A stretch of DNA of 64,000 nt from an uncultured delta proteobacterium. Its GTDB lineage: Bacteria > Desulfobacterota > Binatia > Binatales > Binataceae. This document shows positions 59,148 through 64,000 of the stretch, in pieces. A program made the translations under genes and the position numbers. The first letter of the stretch is position 1, and the number at the start of each line of letters is the position of its first letter. Location of the stretch: positions 832,001-896,000 of the forward strand of contig CAVQEQ010000003.1 of NCBI GenBank assembly GCA_963711565.1. Direction: 5' to 3'. Below the pieces are notes generated by a model that had not been told where the DNA came from, searched no databases, and saw only the letters and a list, made by a program, of their open reading frames with translations.

Positions 59148-61745
59148 ATGCACAAGCCGCGATTTTTCGATCAATTGGCCATGGAGCTTGGCGATGACGA
59201 GGCCTTCACCGTCGCCTTCGCCCGCGGACGCCGCGCGTTTCAACCTCAACACGTCGAGGCGAAATGGGCGCGCGACCGCGATGCCAACATTAATCACATC
59301 AAGCTCGAAGTCGCGCTCGACTTCGAGGCGAAAAAAATCTCCGGCACCGCGACGCATCGATTGTCCGCGATCGCGGGCCCGCTCGAGCGTCTCGAATTCG
59401 ACGCCGCCGAGTTGGACGTCAAGGCAGTCCGCGCGGCTGGCGAGCCGGCGACGTTCGAGACCTCCGACGGCAAGCTCCGGATCGCGCTGCCGCGCGCGCT
59501 CGGCGCCGGCGAAGAAATCGAGATCGCGATCGATTACGCGGGTCATCCGCGCCGCGGTCTCTACTTTGTAGGTCCCGACGACGGCTATCCGAACAAGCCG
59601 CGGCAGGCGTGGACGCAGGGCGAAGACGAGGACTCGCGCTACTGGTTCCCCTGCTACGACTACCCGAACAATCGTACCACCAGCGAAATGATCGCGACCG
59701 TGCCGGAAAAGTTCACGGCGGTTTCCAACGGCGCCCTGATCGCCACTTCATCCAATGCGGCGGCGAAGACCCGCACGTTTCATTGGCGTCATGACGTGCC
59801 GCACTCGACGTATCTGATCACGCTTGCGGCCGGCGAGTTCGCGCTGATCGAGGAGCGCGCCGGCAATACTCCCGTCACCTACTACGTCGCACCCGGTCGC
59901 GAGGACGACGCGCGCCGCGCGTTCGGCAACACGGCGAAGATGATCCAGTTTTTCGAGCGCGCGATCGGCGTGCCCTATCCTTACGCCAAATATGCGCAGG
60001 TGGCGGTCAGCGATTTTATTTTCGGCGGAATGGAAAATACTTCGGCGACCACGCAGACCGACAGCACGCTGCACGACGCGCGCGCGCATCTCGACTTCAA
60101 GAGCGATCCGCTGGTCGCGCACGAGCTGGCGCATCAATGGTGGGGCGACCTGCTCACCTGCCGCGATTGGGCGCACGCTTGGCTCAACGAAGGCTTCGCG
60201 ACTTATTTCGAGGCGCTCTGGTGCGAGGAGAATCTTGGCGCCGACGAGTTCGCGTGGAACGTGCGCCAGGATCGCGAGGGATATCTCGACGAGGACGCCA
60301 ATCGCTATCGCCGCCCAATCGTGTGCAACCGCTATCGCCATCCGATCGAATTGTTCGATCGCCATCTCTACGAAAAAGGCAGCCTCGTGCTGCACATGCT
60401 GCGGCGGGTCACCGGCGACGAGCTGTTCTTCAAGTCGCTGAATCTCTATTGCACGCGGCATCGCGGCGCCAATGTGATCACGCAGGACTTGCAGCGCGCG
60501 TTCGAGGACGCCACCGGCCGCAACCTCGATTTTTTCTTCGACCAATGGGTGTACAAGGAAGGGCATCCGGAGATCGAAGTCACCAGTTCGTTCGACGACA
60601 AGAAAAAACTGCTGAGCGTCACGGTCAAGCAGACCCACAAAACGGGCGACACGATTGCTTCGGCGTTCAGCTTCCCGGTGACGATCGCGCTGATGGATGC
60701 CGACGGAAAGGAGACGCGCCATCGCGTCGAGATAAAGGAGCGCGAGCAGGGTTTCACGTTTGCGATCGACAAAGCGCCAAAATCAGTCCGCTTCGATCCC
60801 CAGCACGACATCCTGAAGACGCTCAAGCACAAGCGCGGACGCGAAGCGCTCGAGGTTGCGCTGCGCCATGCGCCGGAAGCGATTGGACGCGCCAACGCAG
60901 CGCGCGAACTCGGCAACGAAGGCAGCCCGCAGGCGACCGCGGCATTGCGCGACGCGATGCTCACCGACCGCTTCTGGGGCGTGCAGGCCGACGCGGCGAC
61001 CGCGCTCGGTGCGATTCGCACCACCGCCGCACTCGACGCGCTGATCGAAGGACTCAAGCTGCCGCATCCGAAGGCGCGGCGCGCCGTAGTGCGAGCGCTC
61101 GGCAATTTTCGCGGCGACGCGCGCGCGGCGTCCGCGCTCGCCGATATCGTCGCCGCCGGCGACGCCAGCTACTTTGTCGAGGCCGAGGCGGTGCTCGCGC
61201 TCGGCAAAACGCGCGACGAGCGCGCGTTCGCCCATCTGACGGAAGCGCTGAAGCGCGATTCGTATCTCGACGTGATACGAACGCACGCTATAGCCGGGAT
61301 GGCCGAGCTGCGCGACGAGCGCGCGGTCAACGTCGCGCGCGAATTGTCGGCGTACGGCAAGCCGGCGCGCGCCCGCGTCGCCGCGGTCGGCGCGCTGGCG
61401 CGGTTTGCGGCGCTCAAGGAGAACCGGCGCATCGAAATTCTCGATTTCATGGCGCCGCTCGTCGACGATCGCGAGTTCATGATGCGCATGCGTATCCCGT
61501 CCGCGTTCGCCGAGATTGGCGATCAGCGCGCGCTGCCCGCTCTACATCGGCTCGCGGATCGAGACCTCGACGGCCGCATCGAGCGTCATGCGAACGATGC
61601 GATCGCCTCGATCAGCGAGGGCCGCACTCGCGTCGAGGAGGGCCAGCGGCTGCGCGAAGACCTCGACAAGCTGCGCGACGACAACAAGAAGCTACAGGAG
61701 CGGCTGGAAAAGGTCGAGGCACTCGCACGCGACAAACCGGCCTGA
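59148..61745 (+). CDS. M1 family aminopeptidase with HEAT repeats and C-terminal coiled coil
   Basis: GGMEN, HELAHQWWG...LNEGFA, YEKG; HEAT-like helical repeats. Confidence 0.92.
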   Translation: MHKPRFFDQLAMELGDDEAFTVAFARGRRAFQPQHVEAKWARDRDANINHIKLEVALDFEAKKISGTATHRLSAIAGPLERLEFDAAELDVKAVRAAGEPATFETSDGKLRIALPRALGAGEEIEIAIDYAGHPRRGLYFVGPDDGYPNKPRQAWTQGEDEDSRYWFPCYDYPNNRTTSEMIATVPEKFTAVSNGALIATSSNAAAKTRTFHWRHDVPHSTYLITLAAGEFALIEERAGNTPVTYYVAPGREDDARRAFGNTAKMIQFFERAIGVPYPYAKYAQVAVSDFIFGGMENTSATTQTDSTLHDARAHLDFKSDPLVAHELAHQWWGDLLTCRDWAHAWLNEGFATYFEALWCEENLGADEFAWNVRQDREGYLDEDANRYRRPIVCNRYRHPIELFDRHLYEKGSLVLHMLRRVTGDELFFKSLNLYCTRHRGANVITQDLQRAFEDATGRNLDFFFDQWVYKEGHPEIEVTSSFDDKKKLLSVTVKQTHKTGDTIASAFSFPVTIALMDADGKETRHRVEIKEREQGFTFAIDKAPKSVRFDPQHDILKTLKHKRGREALEVALRHAPEAIGRANAARELGNEGSPQATAALRDAMLTDRFWGVQADAATALGAIRTTAALDALIEGLKLPHPKARRAVVRALGNFRGDARAASALADIVAAGDASYFVEAEAVLALGKTRDERAFAHLTEALKRDSYLDVIRTHAIAGMAELRDERAVNVARELSAYGKPARARVAAVGALARFAALKENRRIEILDFMAPLVDDREFMMRMRIPSAFAEIGDQRALPALHRLADRDLDGRIERHANDAIASISEGRTRVEEGQRLREDLDKLRDDNKKLQERLEKVEALARDKPA

Positions 61746-61962
61746 TTGCCTGCTCCGTCGGCTTGCTCTTCTTGGTACAAACGCCATCATTCTGCCGATT
61801 ATTGTGGCTGATGGCTATCTTAGCCTCCTTTTGTTATCCCCCTAGGCACTACTCTCTATTTCTCGCGTTTAAGCGTGTTGTCAGAAGCCAGCCCGCGTGA
61901 TACTTCACCTACACTTTCACTCGTTCAAGTACCGGGCCTCGAGGGATTGGGGGAGGTTTCAG

Positions 61963-63135
61963 ATGAAGCGCGCAGTGTTGTCGCTGTTGTTGGTCGTGGC
62001 GGCGGGCTTGGTCAGTTTAGCGTCGCCAGCATTTGCCCAGGACGCCATACCAATCACCCAGCCTCTACGAGGCTACTACACCTACGGAAAACATAGCGGC
62101 GTCTCTGCTGAAGCGGCGTTGAGCGGGGCCGCGGCCGCAACCACGGTTCCTATGGGGCTGTACGCGGTTACCTCGAGCCGGGACGACAACCGATACTCCG
62201 GCGTGATCGTGGGGCGCAGCCCGTTTTTCCATGGGAGCAGAACGATCAGCGTTCCTACCTTTATCGTCCCGGTAAAGGTGCATATGCCCGGTGGGGCCGT
62301 CTTCGATCCCGGGGTAGCCGACTCGAGTTGCCTCGGCGGTAAGGTCCCGACCACGGTGACGCAAAATTCGCCGTTATTTCAGTCGGTCGCCTTCACGATG
62401 AACGGCGTAAGCATTGGCACGACTCAGTATGCCGACGCTTTCCTGCGGGCGGAATTCTGGAAGAACGTATCCGTCACGGGAAATCGCTTCCACATGACGC
62501 TTAGCCCGATTACGACCTTGGCCGAGCAAACGTTCGATGTGCCGACCGGTGAGGGTGCGAGCTTCAATGACGAAGAATGCGACAACCTCGGAATCATCGA
62601 TTACAACACCTGGGACAGTTACGTCCAGGGTACACTCATTCCTTTTGTGGCTGCTCACGGCGGAGGCACAACGTCCTTCCCGCTATTCGTGCTCTACAAC
62701 GTGGTGATGGCAGACCCCTATGTGTCCGGGACCAGCGACAACTGCTGCATCCTCGGCTATCACAACTCGTTCGCAAGCCCGGTGCAGACCTACGGGGTGG
62801 CGGACTTCGACAGCAACGGAGGATTCTCGGGGGTCGCGGACGTCTCCGGCATGAGTCACGAGGTCAACGAATGGGTGAACGATCCACTCGGCAACAATCC
62901 AACGCCTGCCTGGGGACATATCGGTCAAGTGAGCGGTTGTCAGGGCAACTTTGAGGTGGGAGATCCGTTGAGCGGCACGCTCTTTCCGTCTGTGACACTA
63001 AGCAGCTTCACTTACCACCTGCAGGAACTCGCGTTCTTTTCCTGGTTCTATGGGAGTCCTTCGATCGGCACAGGCACCACCGAGTTTTCCGACAACGACA
63101 CCTTTACGTCGGATGCAGGCTCGGTATGCGAGTAG
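61963..63135 (+). CDS. Secreted hypothetical protein
   Basis: Signal peptide ending AFA; CCILGYH, SHEVNEW..DP, EVGDP; SD GGAGG. Confidence 0.8.
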   Translation: MKRAVLSLLLVVAAGLVSLASPAFAQDAIPITQPLRGYYTYGKHSGVSAEAALSGAAAATTVPMGLYAVTSSRDDNRYSGVIVGRSPFFHGSRTISVPTFIVPVKVHMPGGAVFDPGVADSSCLGGKVPTTVTQNSPLFQSVAFTMNGVSIGTTQYADAFLRAEFWKNVSVTGNRFHMTLSPITTLAEQTFDVPTGEGASFNDEECDNLGIIDYNTWDSYVQGTLIPFVAAHGGGTTSFPLFVLYNVVMADPYVSGTSDNCCILGYHNSFASPVQTYGVADFDSNGGFSGVADVSGMSHEVNEWVNDPLGNNPTPAWGHIGQVSGCQGNFEVGDPLSGTLFPSVTLSSFTYHLQELAFFSWFYGSPSIGTGTTEFSDNDTFTSDAGSVCE

Positions 63136-63167
63136 AACTTCGCGCACGCGGACGGAGGATTCACGCG

Positions 63168-64000
63168 ATGGGGGCGTCAATACATAAGCGTAGCTTGCGC
63201 GGCCTTGGCGCCGCGATAATTCTAATCCTGTTGGCGACGAGCGCGGCGCGCGCGGACAGTGTTAGCGTCGTGACCAGCCTCGGCGCGCTGGGCGCCAGTG
63301 ATACGATCGTGTGGTCACAATTGGGCGCCGATGCGACCGAGATAACCGCCAGTCCCAGTTTCACTTCCGCCAACGGATTGACCGGCTCCGTTTCCCTGTT
63401 GGGTCCGAACAGCCTCGTCGCGGTGGTATGCCCTGAGACGTTATGCAGTTGGAACCTGCTTAGCCTGAGTGGATTCAGCGCAGGCGACAGTTTGATCTGG
63501 ACCGCAGATACCGGCAACAGCGGCAACGGACCGCTGACCCTGAACTTCACATCGAGGAACGTCTCGGGTGCCGGCGCATTCATACAGTCGGACGCCCCCG
63601 CTCAATTCACGGCGCAGATAGAGGCGTTCAACGGCGAAACTTCTCTCGGGACATTCACCGAAACCAGTGATGTCAGCGGCGACGCCATCTTCATCGGCGT
63701 CCTCGATAGGACCGGCGCCAACATCACCAGTGTTGTCTTCAGCACTATCCCGGTGTCTTCAGCGCCGAGTTGCGCAGGTGATTGCGCCGACTTCGCGATC
63801 GATACGGTATCGTTGAAGGTACCGGGCGGCCCGACACCTACTCCAACTGCGACTTCGACCAGCGCCACGCCGACGCCGACTGCAACCGCTACTCGCACAG
63901 CGACGCCGACCCCGACGGCGACGCCCACCCCGGTTCCCGGACGGTTGACGATCAAGCCGGGCAGCAAGAACTTCGGCAAAGTGAAGGTAGACCATATCAA
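63168..64000 (+). CDS. Secreted beta-rich protein with Pro/Thr linker (runs off window end)
   Basis: Not in the ORF track. SD GGAGG, MGASIHKRSLRGLGAAIILILLATSAARA..., PTPTPTAT linker, then LTIKPGSKNFGKV (start of an Ig/ASH-like domain). Confidence 0.82.
   Translation, partial: MGASIHKRSLRGLGAAIILILLATSAARADSVSVVTSLGALGASDTIVWSQLGADATEITASPSFTSANGLTGSVSLLGPNSLVAVVCPETLCSWNLLSLSGFSAGDSLIWTADTGNSGNGPLTLNFTSRNVSGAGAFIQSDAPAQFTAQIEAFNGETSLGTFTETSDVSGDAIFIGVLDRTGANITSVVFSTIPVSSAPSCAGDCADFAIDTVSLKVPGGPTPTPTATSTSATPTPTATATRTATPTPTATPTPVPGRLTIKPGSKNFGKVKVDHI

Noticed and set aside
63830-63935. Low-complexity ACGCCGAC repeats
   Set aside because: They encode an ordinary Pro/Thr linker.

Overview
High-GC bacterial chromosomal window with about 55 genes. 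I found no rRNA, tRNA, CRISPR array, transposase or integrase. Gene style (many acyl-CoA enzymes, Pro/Thr-linker secreted proteins, alternative complex III next to a caa3 oxidase) suggests a Binatota/deltaproteobacteria-like soil organism; this is inference only. Main content, in order: boxC-boxB aerobic benzoyl-CoA degradation (boxB cut by the window edge); glgX; two tandem serine hydrolases; an arsS-like radical SAM gene; dapB; a linalool-dehydratase-like/DUF169/crotonase locus sharing a perfect operator palindrome; an ACIII plus caa3 oxidase operon (actB frameshifted, no actE, subunits I and III fused); dapL-folK-tal; ispG; a thiolase/OB-fold/PHP/MaoC/MaoC operon; an orphan HEPN protein; gltA; BrnT/BrnA; a GH13 glucosidase; an M1 peptidase; two secreted proteins. 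The non-coding DNA is the most unusual part. It holds a five-copy, same-orientation, up to three-hairpin element with compensatory base changes, several REP-like doublets, a 152-bp MITE-like element with perfect 17-bp terminal inverted repeats, a candidate sRNA or attenuator upstream of arsS, and a sigma54-type promoter in front of an orphan IrrE/ImmA-like peptidase that carries an internal tandem repeat.
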